Below, one piece after another: positions 47,578-56,823 of a stretch of 64,000 bases of DNA. Under the pieces are notes generated by a model. That model made no database searches. It had not been told where the DNA came from and worked only from the letters and a program-made list of their open reading frames with translations. The stretch covers positions 47,956 through 111,955 of the forward strand of contig DATKWU010000018.1 of the NCBI GenBank assembly GCA_035529375.1. The letters are read 5' to 3'. The stretch's first letter is position 1. Each line of letters starts with the position of its first letter. Made by a program: the position numbers and the translations under genes. This DNA is from Patescibacteria group bacterium (lineage in GTDB: Bacteria; Patescibacteriota; Microgenomatia; PFEM01; JAHIFH01).

Positions 47578-48831
47578 TCAAGCAAAAACCTTTTCTTCTT
47601 TCACCTTTGTCAAAAGAAAAAGACCAATGATCATTAAGAAAACCAAACCAAAACCCGCCACTCGATATTTCAAAATCCCATGCTCTCTTAACATCAGAGT
47701 AATTACACCCCAAGTCAAAGGGCCAACAATTGAAGCAAACCTCTCAAAAGTAGAATAAAAACCAAAATATTCACCTAATTGTGACCTAGGAGAGATTTTG
47801 ACTAACAAGGCTCGGAAAAGAGTGTAAAAACCACCCCAACCAATACCCGCAAAAACAGCAAAGAGATAAAGAATCCTGGGGTCAGAAGCCACAAAACAAA
47901 GAGCAAAAATTAAAATCAAATCAAAACAAACCAAAACCAAGAGTCTTTTAGTTCCATATTTATCCGCCAACCTTCCTAAAACATAGGCAGCCGGAACCGC
48001 AATTAAAAACATCATCCCCAAGATCTGAACCTTAACTGGATCAGAAACTTTAAAAATCTGATCCATTAAAATGGCAAAATAGAGCTCACCTGTCTGAATA
48101 GCATCAGAGATAAAGAAAAAGGCTAAAAGAAAAAGAGTCACATTCCGATTCTTTTTTAACAAATCCTTTAAACCCTGAATCGTCTTATTATAAATATCCT
48201 TAAAACTAATCTTTTCCTTTATCTCTTTCACTCTAGGTTCTCGAAACCAAAGTAACATTGGCCAGGCTAATAAAGCAAACAAAATTACGCCTGGTAAAAA
48301 AACCTGGGTTCGGCCAGGTTGACCAAATAAAGTAATTTTCCCTTCATTAAAAGGCAAAAGCAGAGCCACACCCACAATCCAACCAAAAGAACCCACGGCA
48401 CTGCCTAATCCTGAAATCTTGCCCCGACTCTTAGAAGTTGATAATTTATCAAGGAGACTATTGTAAAAAATCAAACTTATCTGATAAACATATTGAATAA
48501 CCAAGAAAAAAGCCAAAGCCATCATTACCCGAAAAAGTACAGAAAATTGAGAGTTGACCGTAAAACTCAATAAAAACCCAAAAACAATCAAAACAATGGT
48601 CATCCAACTAATAAAGGGTTTTCTCCGACCAAGTTTATCTGACCAAGCTCCCCAAAAAGGTGAAGTTAAAAGAAGTAAAAGAGTCGCTAAAGTAAAAGTC
48701 CCACCATACCAAATATCATCAAAACCATTATCAATCACAATCCACTGACCTAAATAAAGCCCAGTCACGGCCGCCATTAAAAAAGAATTGGCCGCATCAT
48801 AAAGAAGCCAAACAGAAAGATTTCTTTTCAC
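47578..48831 (-). CDS. MFS transporter
   Basis: 417 aa, 12 predicted TM helices and a GR(R/K)-type loop motif (WSDKLGRRKP). Confidence 0.75.
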   Translation of the reverse strand: MKRNLSVWLLYDAANSFLMAAVTGLYLGQWIVIDNGFDDIWYGGTFTLATLLLLLTSPFWGAWSDKLGRRKPFISWMTIVLIVFGFLLSFTVNSQFSVLFRVMMALAFFLVIQYVYQISLIFYNSLLDKLSTSKSRGKISGLGSAVGSFGWIVGVALLLPFNEGKITLFGQPGRTQVFLPGVILFALLAWPMLLWFREPRVKEIKEKISFKDIYNKTIQGLKDLLKKNRNVTLFLLAFFFISDAIQTGELYFAILMDQIFKVSDPVKVQILGMMFLIAVPAAYVLGRLADKYGTKRLLVLVCFDLILIFALCFVASDPRILYLFAVFAGIGWGGFYTLFRALLVKISPRSQLGEYFGFYSTFERFASIVGPLTWGVITLMLREHGILKYRVAGFGLVFLMIIGLFLLTKVKEEKVFA

Positions 48832-48860
48832 AACCCAATTTTAACATAGAAAAAGAAGAT

Positions 48861-49283
48861 TTATTCGTATTTTGCTAAAATTGCTGATCCCAAAATAATC
48901 AAAAAGAGGGCTAGAATCTTGAGAAAACCAACTGATTCACCTAAGAAAATTCCAATAATGGAAGCAATGGCAATACTACCACCAATAATAATTGGTCCTC
49001 CCACCGATATGGGTAAACCTTTGGCATAAGCAGAAAGAGCCAGAAAATCAATAAAAAAAGCACAAATTCCAGCTAAGACTACAAAAAGAATTCCCTTGGG
49101 ATTGCTAACTAATTGCTTGTTTTTCAATTGAGGTAATAAGATAACCGCCCCCAAGATAACCGCTGTTAAAGAAACCAGAATGGCTCCGAAAACTTGATCA
49201 ATATGAGGAGAAGCATATTTATGAAAGATTGTCCAAAATCCAAAAGCAATTGCCGCTAAAAAAGCTAAATAAACAGCTGACAT
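48861..49283 (-). CDS. Small 4-TM DMT/EamA-like membrane protein
   Basis: 140 aa with four TM helices. Confidence 0.5.
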   Translation of the reverse strand: MSAVYLAFLAAIAFGFWTIFHKYASPHIDQVFGAILVSLTAVILGAVILLPQLKNKQLVSNPKGILFVVLAGICAFFIDFLALSAYAKGLPISVGGPIIIGGSIAIASIIGIFLGESVGFLKILALFLIILGSAILAKYE

Positions 49284-49356
49284 ATTTTTATTCTATCACA
49301 AAACAAATTTAAAAATCCTTATCCTTGCCGGCGTGGCTAGTTTGTTTTTGGTTTAG
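49273..49356 (+). pseudogene. Relic of an EamA-family transporter C-terminus (27 codons, no start)
   Basis: Encodes ...ILILAGVASLFLV-stop, closely matching the C-terminus IFLILAGIASLSLV-stop of the 45706..46575 gene at the DNA level. Confidence 0.4.
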
Positions 49357-49399
49357 GGAGAATTCGAGGGCGGGGTAGGAAAAAATTGATGATATAATT

Positions 49400-50224
49400 A
49401 TGTCAGGGACAGAAACGATGATAAATCTTAACGTAAGAAAATTTAGTTTCGTACAAACCCTATTACTCGTTTTGGTCTTTAGTATAATTACTTCCTTGGG
49501 GACATTGTTTGCTTCGGATAAAGTAATAATAAACCTTCCTGAGACTGGACAAAGGAAAGAATTAACCATCGAACCTGGAAAAACCTTAGAGGCCACGCCA
49601 AATCCACCTACACCTATAAAGAAGGATAAATGTATCAGTGGCGATTTTGAAGAGTATAAAAACTTCTGGGAAGTCGATGAATATTTCAAGATTGACGAGG
49701 AAGGATATTATTGCCCGATGAGAAGAGGTTATCAACTTTGGGAAATCTGGTATACAGAAAAACTTCCTGTTGGATTTACATCTGCAACGTTAAGATACCT
49801 ACTAAAAGATGGTACTCCAGGAAATGATATTCCACCTCCTGCCGTTTTTTCCTACGGAGATAGTAAAAAGAGATTTTACACAATAATTATACCGGATGGG
49901 GATTTAAAAAGCGTTAGATTCAAGGGAGAAGAAGGGACTGCAAAACCGCAAGGGCGCCTTAAAGAAGAAGTGAACATAGATAACGAAATGACAATTATAA
50001 TAAAACCAAGAGTACCAAGCCCAACTAAGAACGAAATTAAAGTCACGTTTGATTCGACCTACATCTCTAAAGACTCCGGTGACCAAATGCCACCTGAAAC
50101 TTTTGAGTACGATACTAAGGTTCCAACCGTCAGCCCAGAAGAAGAGGGAGCTAAGAAACTATTCGGCTTTGGTACCTTTAATGGCGATTGTATTAAGCCA
50201 ATATGGTTCGAAATCTGCCCTTAA
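49400..50224 (+). CDS. Hypothetical secreted/membrane-anchored protein
   Basis: 274 aa with an N-terminal hydrophobic segment. Confidence 0.4.
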   Translation: MSGTETMINLNVRKFSFVQTLLLVLVFSIITSLGTLFASDKVIINLPETGQRKELTIEPGKTLEATPNPPTPIKKDKCISGDFEEYKNFWEVDEYFKIDEEGYYCPMRRGYQLWEIWYTEKLPVGFTSATLRYLLKDGTPGNDIPPPAVFSYGDSKKRFYTIIIPDGDLKSVRFKGEEGTAKPQGRLKEEVNIDNEMTIIIKPRVPSPTKNEIKVTFDSTYISKDSGDQMPPETFEYDTKVPTVSPEEEGAKKLFGFGTFNGDCIKPIWFEICP

Positions 50225-50432
50225 CCTAACTTGAAAACTTAATCAAAAGCAGAGAAATTTTACTTCTTTTTTTATTTTAATTTAATCTCTTTTAGGATTT
50301 CTTTAAGAATACCCATTAGCTGTCTAAATTGATTTGGGCTCATTTATATCACCTCCTCTCCCACAAAAAAATATTCGCCAATTCTCTTTTTGAGAAATTA
50401 ACTTCTAATTTTTTTGAATAGGCTCGATCGTC

Positions 50433-50768
50433 TCATTCCTCTTTTTTATTACATTCATAAGTACCTTCTTTAAGAAGATGTGATTCTGCGGCAATTCTAT
50501 TATCTTCGCCGCTCAAAAGGGCATATTTAAAGTAACAATCTTCATTTACCAAATTCCTTTTTAAACAGCTATTTTGTTCGTTTGGCGAAAGATGTTCAAG
50601 ATAGCGTTTTCTAAGATGGAAGGCTCTGCCGACATAAACTCGAGTCATTTTGTCCTTTTCCCCATCATTTCTTAACACCTTATAAATCCCACCAATTTCT
50701 GGTACCTTGTAGGAATTACCCGTTGTGTAGCGAAAACTTGTCGACCATTTTAGATTTTGACAACTCAT
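50433..50768 (-). CDS. Stand-alone GIY-YIG nuclease domain protein
   Basis: GIYKV...YVGRA...R...EH motif pattern. 111 aa. GGAGGTG SD. Confidence 0.6.
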   Translation of the reverse strand: MSCQNLKWSTSFRYTTGNSYKVPEIGGIYKVLRNDGEKDKMTRVYVGRAFHLRKRYLEHLSPNEQNSCLKRNLVNEDCYFKYALLSGEDNRIAAESHLLKEGTYECNKKEE

Positions 50769-50802
50769 ATCTTTTTCACCTCCTATCTTCGTAAAATTCT
50801 AA

Positions 50803-50842
50803 CAAAAAAAGGTAGGCTTCTCGCTTTGCGAGTCGCTCTACC
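50803..50842 (-). terminator. Rho-independent terminator (minus strand) in the 3' region of the 2-hydroxyacid dehydrogenase gene
   Basis: GGTAG...CTCGC-aaa-GCGAG...CTACC hairpin followed on the minus strand by TTTTTTTTG. Confidence 0.5.
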
Positions 50843-51062
50843 TCCCAATCGAAAATTCTAAAGTCTAACCCCTGTCCTTGTTAACTGAATTTTTTAAGGC
50901 AGGATTCAACATAATCTTCTTTCGGGTCGTTAGAAAACGACCCCCAAATTGACTAAAATTACCTTACCAAAGCTATCCCGAAAAGTCAAGCCCTTTTTAA
51001 GGCTAATTTTAGCAGACTTGTTTGGAAACTGCTGGAAATTTTGGCTTTTGAAGCTTGGTTGG

Positions 51063-52016
51063 CTAATTAACCTTGTTAGTTGGTTTGCCTTTGAGGAAAT
51101 TTTCAAGATTTTGAACAAAAATTTCTTGTTTTGCTGCTGTCGCTTCTTTAGTAGTATAGGCAATTGGCGGATAAAGGATGCAGTTTTTGTATTTTGAAAG
51201 TCTTTTTGCGATGGCTGGAGAAAGTTCGTCTGAGTGATCCAAGATAAAAGTTATGTCTCCCTTCTTTAACCTTTTTTCCAGGGCCTTGATATCTAAAAGC
51301 TCCATCGGTGCCAGATTAATCACCACAGCTCCAGATTTAATCAGCCCAATTCTTTTGCTATTCAAAAAATTTTCAGTGTCTTTATTGTAGGCAAGATTGA
51401 GAGAAAGAAAATCACATTCTTTGATTAGAGATTCTACTTCTTGGTATTTTATTCCTTTTCTTTCATATTTCTTCTTTCTTATTCTCGACCAATATCTTAC
51501 ATCTGCCCCAAAACCATCATGAGCAATCTCGGCAATTCTTCCTCCAATTTGCCCCAAACCAATAACGCCAAATTTTTTACCTTTTATTTCTGAAACTCCA
51601 AAGAAAGTTGCCTCAGAATAATCACCTTTTCTCGCCTGATTTTTACCCCTTTCAACTTCTCTTAAATGTTCCAAAATGGCGGCAAAAGCAAACTCCGTCA
51701 CCGCTTCTGTGCTGTATCCTGGAATATTACAAACAACAATTCTCTTTTTGGCTGTGTAAGCGTCATCTATCCTGCCGTAACCTGTCGAAAGAGCACCAAT
51801 GTATTTTAGTTTCGGTGCATGGTCAATTATTTTCTTATCGACAGTAATACCGAGACTAACGAGTAAACAATCTGTTGTTGAAAGATGTTTTTGAATATCC
51901 TTACTGTCTGCTGGAAGTAAAACTTTCTTTTCGGTTAAGCGGTCAATTTTCCCCCAAGTTTCTTTTGTAAGACTTCCTTTTCCTATACCAACGACTAAGA
52001 TTTTTTTAAATCTCAT
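51063..52016 (-). CDS. D-isomer-specific 2-hydroxyacid dehydrogenase family (glycerate/phosphoglycerate dehydrogenase-like)
   Basis: NAD-binding GVIGLGQIGGRIAEIA and a catalytic-domain layout. 317 aa. Confidence 0.8.
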   Translation of the reverse strand: MRFKKILVVGIGKGSLTKETWGKIDRLTEKKVLLPADSKDIQKHLSTTDCLLVSLGITVDKKIIDHAPKLKYIGALSTGYGRIDDAYTAKKRIVVCNIPGYSTEAVTEFAFAAILEHLREVERGKNQARKGDYSEATFFGVSEIKGKKFGVIGLGQIGGRIAEIAHDGFGADVRYWSRIRKKKYERKGIKYQEVESLIKECDFLSLNLAYNKDTENFLNSKRIGLIKSGAVVINLAPMELLDIKALEKRLKKGDITFILDHSDELSPAIAKRLSKYKNCILYPPIAYTTKEATAAKQEIFVQNLENFLKGKPTNKVN

Positions 52017-52082
52017 CTTTGCCTTGAAAATAGCATATTTTTCCTTATTTGTCTAGGTAAAACTAATAGGGAAAGTTTAATT

Positions 52083-52739
52083 TTATTCTCTTGCCCTCTC
52101 AAACCCAGCCTCTAAAGCCTCTCCCTCAGAACAAAACCATCTGTCTCCATGTTTCAAATTAACTTCAGTGGCTTCGTAATGCCTAAAACTAGGCAAATGA
52201 TACCAACGTTTATCTAATCTATCCACATTACCCTTTATCTGACAGCCATTCTTATCAAGAGCACAAACCTGCCAAAGTCCTTTCTTTTCATCATGAGCCT
52301 TCTCGGCTGCCTGAGCCAAAACTTCTTGATGTTTTAAATTAACGGTATCTAAGAAAAACTCTCCGGCTCCTTCTTCTAATAAAAACTGATTAACAAAAAC
52401 TTCCTTTTCTTCCTCTTGAACATAAATATAAGCCAGGTAACGACCAAATCTGTCCATTTCATTAACATCCCTTTCCAATCTAACCTCTTTTCCTAAAACC
52501 AATTCCTCATTTATTTTCTTTGCTTCTTCAGCAAAGCATTTCTCTTCTTCAGGCGCATCCAAACCAATGTATCTTACTCTTCGACCATCATTAAGCCTAA
52601 TCGTATCGCCATCAATCACTTCACTAACAAGAAAAAGTTTTGGAGAAGAAAAATATTGCCAAGAGAAAAAACCAAAAAAGGAAAGAAAAAGAAAAATAAT
52701 AAAAATAAGAGGGGTTTTAGACCGAGGTCTTTTGACCAT
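52083..52739 (-). CDS. Thermonuclease (staphylococcal nuclease-like) family protein, membrane-anchored/secreted
   Basis: VIDGDTIRL...RYIGLDAPE...FGRYLAYIY SNase motifs, plus a C-terminal Cys-containing extension and an N-terminal TM helix. Confidence 0.8.
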   Translation of the reverse strand: MVKRPRSKTPLIFIIFLFLSFFGFFSWQYFSSPKLFLVSEVIDGDTIRLNDGRRVRYIGLDAPEEEKCFAEEAKKINEELVLGKEVRLERDVNEMDRFGRYLAYIYVQEEEKEVFVNQFLLEEGAGEFFLDTVNLKHQEVLAQAAEKAHDEKKGLWQVCALDKNGCQIKGNVDRLDKRWYHLPSFRHYEATEVNLKHGDRWFCSEGEALEAGFERARE

Positions 52740-52788
52740 GCTTCAATCCTATCAACAAAAAACAGTTATTACTAGAAGAAATCTAGTC

Positions 52789-53214
52789 TTAAGACTCTCT
52801 TACCAAATCATATCTTGTGCCCAGCTCAGGATTAGCATATTCCAAAACATGAACTGTTATTTGAGGATTGTTTGTTCTCATTACCGTTACCTCTGCTCCG
52901 CCTTCGCTCCGCTCACCTTTGACTCCTTCCTCATGATACTTTCTAGTAATTTGTTCCCTAGGAAGATTAATTAAATCCACACCTAAGTAAGCCCTAACAC
53001 CAACAATAATCACTTCTCGAGCCTCAGCACTCAGTTTTTCCCACTCATAAGGATCATTGAGTATTTGTTCAAGTCCATATCTCTCTCTAACGCCAATAAA
53101 ATCCATTTCAACTAACTCAATTACCTCATTAACTTTTTCTTTAATCCGAGCCGCTAGAATTTCTATTTGCGGTTCTAATGCTTCCATTTCAGAATTTAAT
53201 TCTTCGTTTTCCAT
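52789..53214 (-). CDS. Hypothetical acidic protein
   Basis: 141-aa ORF with no motifs. Confidence 0.35.
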   Translation of the reverse strand: MENEELNSEMEALEPQIEILAARIKEKVNEVIELVEMDFIGVRERYGLEQILNDPYEWEKLSAEAREVIIVGVRAYLGVDLINLPREQITRKYHEEGVKGERSEGGAEVTVMRTNNPQITVHVLEYANPELGTRYDLVRES

Positions 53215-53257
53215 GCCATTCTATTTTATTATATTGAAAAAAATTGGCTTTTTGAAG

Positions 53258-53569
53258 CTACTTTGGCAAGAAGCGAATTTCGAGACGCGTATTTAAAGCT
53301 CCAGCTAACCGCTGAAGAAAATTTAAAGAAGGATTAGCCTTTCCAGATTCTAACCGAGAAATGGCTGATTGTTTAGTCTTCATTCTTCTTGCTAACTCTT
53401 TTTGAGTTACCCCTTCTTTTACTCTTGAATCAATAATTTTTCTAATAATAGCAAACTCTGGTTGAAGCTCCAGATAAACCTGACGAACCTTGGGGTCTTT
53501 CATCAATTGTTTCCGATGTTCTCTCCAGGTCATTAACTTTTCTTTTCTACGTCTTTTTGTTTCACTCAT
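53258..53569 (-). CDS. XRE-family HTH antitoxin (HigA-like)
   Basis: HTH (QKELARRMKTKQSAISRLESGK) located downstream of a HigB/Gp49-like toxin gene. Confidence 0.7.
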   Translation of the reverse strand: MSETKRRRKEKLMTWREHRKQLMKDPKVRQVYLELQPEFAIIRKIIDSRVKEGVTQKELARRMKTKQSAISRLESGKANPSLNFLQRLAGALNTRLEIRFLPK

Positions 53570-53590
53570 GGGTTCAATATATCATATATG

Positions 53591-53917
53591 TTATAACTTG
53601 TCAAGACGCAAAAGAGCTGTCTTGATTTCTTTAAGTGGGGTTCTTTGAGTTTTCTTTTTAAAAGCATGAAGAAGAATAATATTTCTTTCTCGCACCGTAT
53701 ATAAAACCCTAATTTGTTCTTTACCAGTTATCCTTAGTTCGTATAAATCTTTTCTTAACTTTTTAGTATATTTTCCACTTAAAAATGGCCCATATTCTTC
53801 AAGAAAATCAATCATCCCAATATATTTAGCTTTGACGACAGGAGCCAGCCCATCAATAAACTTCTTAACAAATCTCTCACCCCGAGGACTCTCAAAATAA
53901 ACCACTCTCCAAGCCAT
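53591..53917 (-). CDS. RelE/ParE-superfamily toxin, HigB/Gp49-like
   Basis: 108 aa with YELRI...IRVLY...IILLHAFKKKTQ pattern. Toxin-first, antitoxin-second order. Confidence 0.6.
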   Translation of the reverse strand: MAWRVVYFESPRGERFVKKFIDGLAPVVKAKYIGMIDFLEEYGPFLSGKYTKKLRKDLYELRITGKEQIRVLYTVRERNIILLHAFKKKTQRTPLKEIKTALLRLDKL

Positions 53918-53980
53918 ATTTTTATTATAACAAATGTTCTTAGAAAAACTGACTTTTAAATCTTTGCTATAATCAAATCA

Positions 53981-54601
53981 ATGTTAGTCTTTGCTTGTCT
54001 CTCGCCTCACCCACCTCTTATCCTGCCTTCAGTTGGTTCAGAAAAAGATAGGCAAGAAGTTAAAAAAACGATTACCTCTCTAGAAAAACTAGGCAAACAA
54101 CTAGCTAAGATCAAACCAGATTGTCTGATCATTACCTCACCCCATCCTGATTGGGGTTTTAATGTTCCTCTTCATTATCTAGCCAAAAATCTTCATGGAA
54201 TTGAAGTTAAGGCTCATTTAACTGACCTTGAATCACCTGAAGTTCACTTTAATAGAGGCAAAGAATTAATCAAAAACCTCAATTACATTAAGAAACTAGC
54301 TTGGGTTGCTTCTGGGGATATGAGCCACCGACTGAAAGAAGATGGTCCTTACGGCCTCCATCCCTCTGGTCCAAAATTTGATAAGGAATTCATTAATCTC
54401 CTTAAAAGAAAAGATATTGGTAGTCTTTTAAACATAGATCCCAAGCTCATTGACGAAGCCGGTGAATGTGGCTTAAGAAGCTTTTGTCAACTATTAGGTG
54501 CCCTAGAAGGTGCCAAGGTCAAATGGCAATCAGAAATTCTCTCTTATGAAGCCCCTTTTGGTGTGGGTTATCTTGTGGCTAATTTTAAAATAAAAAAATA
54601 A
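53981..54601 (+). CDS. Class III extradiol dioxygenase / Memo-like (LigB superfamily) protein
   Basis: CLSPHPP, IITSPH and SGDMSHR motifs. 206 aa, short relative to Memo1. Confidence 0.5.
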   Translation: MLVFACLSPHPPLILPSVGSEKDRQEVKKTITSLEKLGKQLAKIKPDCLIITSPHPDWGFNVPLHYLAKNLHGIEVKAHLTDLESPEVHFNRGKELIKNLNYIKKLAWVASGDMSHRLKEDGPYGLHPSGPKFDKEFINLLKRKDIGSLLNIDPKLIDEAGECGLRSFCQLLGALEGAKVKWQSEILSYEAPFGVGYLVANFKIKK

Positions 54602-54608
54602 CTTAAAC

Positions 54609-54872
54609 TTAAGAATCTTTTGGTTCTAAAATCCACTCACCCTGTTCTATTCGCCGCAAAATCGTTTCTGGTAGTAAAGGATCCATCCGTTTCCTAACTA
54701 TAGAGATGGGATTTAAAAGAGGTTTGATTTTTACTCTTTCTCTTCTACCCTCTCTTTTCTCAATCCCCACTATTTCAAAAGGAATAGATTTTGAATTAAC
54801 TCCAGTCCTACCAATCAGTTCTCTAACCTCATCTAAGGCAGAAGGGCTGCCCTTTCTTTCAACTCTCTCCAT
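54609..54872 (-). CDS. Hypothetical small basic protein
   Basis: 87-aa ORF. Confidence 0.3.
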   Translation of the reverse strand: MERVERKGSPSALDEVRELIGRTGVNSKSIPFEIVGIEKREGRRERVKIKPLLNPISIVRKRMDPLLPETILRRIEQGEWILEPKDS

Positions 54873-54989
54873 CTTTAACTCCTTTTACTCTTAAATTCTA
54901 TTATTTTTCTTACCAAAACTCAATCAGTCAAACAGTCAAACTAATTTTTTCTTAATTTTTCTCTAGATAAATGCTAGAATAAATTAATT

Positions 54990-55508
54990 ATGGATCCAGT
55001 CATTAAACTTGCCAAACAAACAATTGAAACCTATCTTAAAACCAACCAAATTCCTCCTTTACCAGAAAAATTGCCTTCTGAATTGCTCAAGAAAAGAGCT
55101 GGGGTTTTTGTCTCTATCCATAAAAAAGACGGCTCCCTTAGAGGCTGTATTGGTACCTTCTTACCGACTAAACCCAACCTTGCCCTAGAAATTATAACCA
55201 ATGCCATCTCTTCAGCCACTCAGGACCCCAGATTCCCACCAATCACCAAAGAAGAACTCCCATCTTTAATCTATTCTGTTGATGTTCTTTCAGAACCAAA
55301 AAGAGCCAACAAAAAACAACTCAACCCCCAAAAACATGGTCTGATTGTGGCCACTAAAGATGGCCGCCGGGGATTGCTTTTACCGGCTCTCCCTAATGTT
55401 AAAACCGTAGAGCACCAAATTGAAATTTGCAAAATGAAAGCAGGGATTGGTCCCAAAGAAGAAGTCGAATTCCAAACTTTTACAGTCAAGAGACACGAAG
55501 AAAAGTAG
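54990..55508 (+). CDS. AMMECR1 domain protein
   Basis: AGVFVSIHKKDGSLRGCIGT signature. Confidence 0.8.
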   Translation: MDPVIKLAKQTIETYLKTNQIPPLPEKLPSELLKKRAGVFVSIHKKDGSLRGCIGTFLPTKPNLALEIITNAISSATQDPRFPPITKEELPSLIYSVDVLSEPKRANKKQLNPQKHGLIVATKDGRRGLLLPALPNVKTVEHQIEICKMKAGIGPKEEVEFQTFTVKRHEEK

Positions 55509-55540
55509 CTTCTAAGCCTTAAATCTGCTAAAATTTCCTT

Positions 55541-56089
55541 ATGGCGATTAAAAAAATTATTACGGTCCCTAATTCCAAACTTCGTCAAAAATCAAAACCA
55601 GTTAAAAAAATTGACAAAAAAATAAAACAACTGGTTAAGAATTTAATTGAGACCGCTAAAGCCGCCGAAGAACCTAAAGGTGTCGGCCTTTCTGCTATCC
55701 AAATAAATAAGCCAGTCAGGGTCTTTGTCATTAAAAGAGGTAATAAATTTACTCCCTTTATTAACCCCAAAATTACTTGGCAATCTAAGAAAAAACTCTC
55801 CCAAGTTTTAGAAAAAGAAAAGCTGCTGTTTGAAGGTTGTCTCTCTATCCCTGGCTTTTATGGTTTTGTTGACCGCCCTTATGCGATCAAATTAAAATGG
55901 CAAGATTTAGAAAGAAAAAATCATCAAGAAAAGTTTGCAGAAAAAGAATCCACTTTTGTTCAGCACGAACTCGACCATCTTAACGGGATTCTTTTTACTG
56001 ACCACATTCTTAAACAAAAAGGAAAAATCTTTAAAATCGAAAAAGACGAAGAAGACAACGAAGTCTTTGTGGAAGTTGAAATCGAATGA
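55541..56089 (+). CDS. def: Peptide deformylase
   Basis: GVGLSAIQ, EGCLSIPG and HELDHLNG motifs. Confidence 0.9.
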   Translation: MAIKKIITVPNSKLRQKSKPVKKIDKKIKQLVKNLIETAKAAEEPKGVGLSAIQINKPVRVFVIKRGNKFTPFINPKITWQSKKKLSQVLEKEKLLFEGCLSIPGFYGFVDRPYAIKLKWQDLERKNHQEKFAEKESTFVQHELDHLNGILFTDHILKQKGKIFKIEKDEEDNEVFVEVEIE

Positions 56090-56823
56090 AACCTAAAGTT
56101 ATTTTCTTTGGTTCAGACCAATATTCTCAAATTGTTTTAGATCTTCTTAAAAAAGATCAGCGCTGGCAAATCGTCAAATCTCTAGAAGAAAAACCCGATG
56201 TTGGTATCTTGGCTTCTTATGGCCAAATTCTTAAAAAAGAAGTCTTGGAAAAACCAAAACACGGCATTCTCAACATTCATCCCTCTTTACTCCCTAAGTA
56301 CCGTGGCCCAACCCCTGTGCCTACCGCCATTCTTAATGGCGAACAAGAAACCGGTGTCACCATTTTCAAGATGGACGAAAAAATTGATCACGGACCGATC
56401 CTTTCTCAATTCAAAGAAGAAATTAGACCCAATGATACGGCCGAATCCTTACTCAAACGTCTTTTTCTGGCTGGAGCCAAAGTTCTGACCACTATCCTTC
56501 TTTCTTATCTAGAAGGCAAAATAGAATTAAGAGAACAAGATGATTCTCAAGCCACCCCTACCAAAAAATTCACCCGAGAAGACGGCAAAATAAACTGGCA
56601 AGAAGAACCAGCTAAAATAGAAAGAAAAATAAGAGCCTTTTATCCTTGGCCAGAGACTTGGACAGAAGTCACAATCAAAGAAGAAAAGAAAAGACTAAAA
56701 ATTCTTAAAGCTCACTTAGAAAATAATAGACTCATTCTTGACCAAGTCCAACTAGAAAGCAAAAAAGCAGTCACCTACAAACAGTTCAAAGAGGGCTATC
56801 CTGAAGCAAAGATCGTAAGTTAA
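56086..56823 (+). CDS. fmt: Methionyl-tRNA formyltransferase
   Basis: NIHPSLLPKYRGPTP and IDHGPIL motifs, with the C-terminal domain. 4-nt overlap with def. Confidence 0.8.
   Translation: MKPKVIFFGSDQYSQIVLDLLKKDQRWQIVKSLEEKPDVGILASYGQILKKEVLEKPKHGILNIHPSLLPKYRGPTPVPTAILNGEQETGVTIFKMDEKIDHGPILSQFKEEIRPNDTAESLLKRLFLAGAKVLTTILLSYLEGKIELREQDDSQATPTKKFTREDGKINWQEEPAKIERKIRAFYPWPETWTEVTIKEEKKRLKILKAHLENNRLILDQVQLESKKAVTYKQFKEGYPEAKIVS

Noticed and set aside
49309-49689. 126-aa minus-strand ORF upstream of the 49400..50224 gene
   Set aside because: It overlaps the plus-strand secreted-protein gene and the EamA relic and has no motifs; likely spurious.
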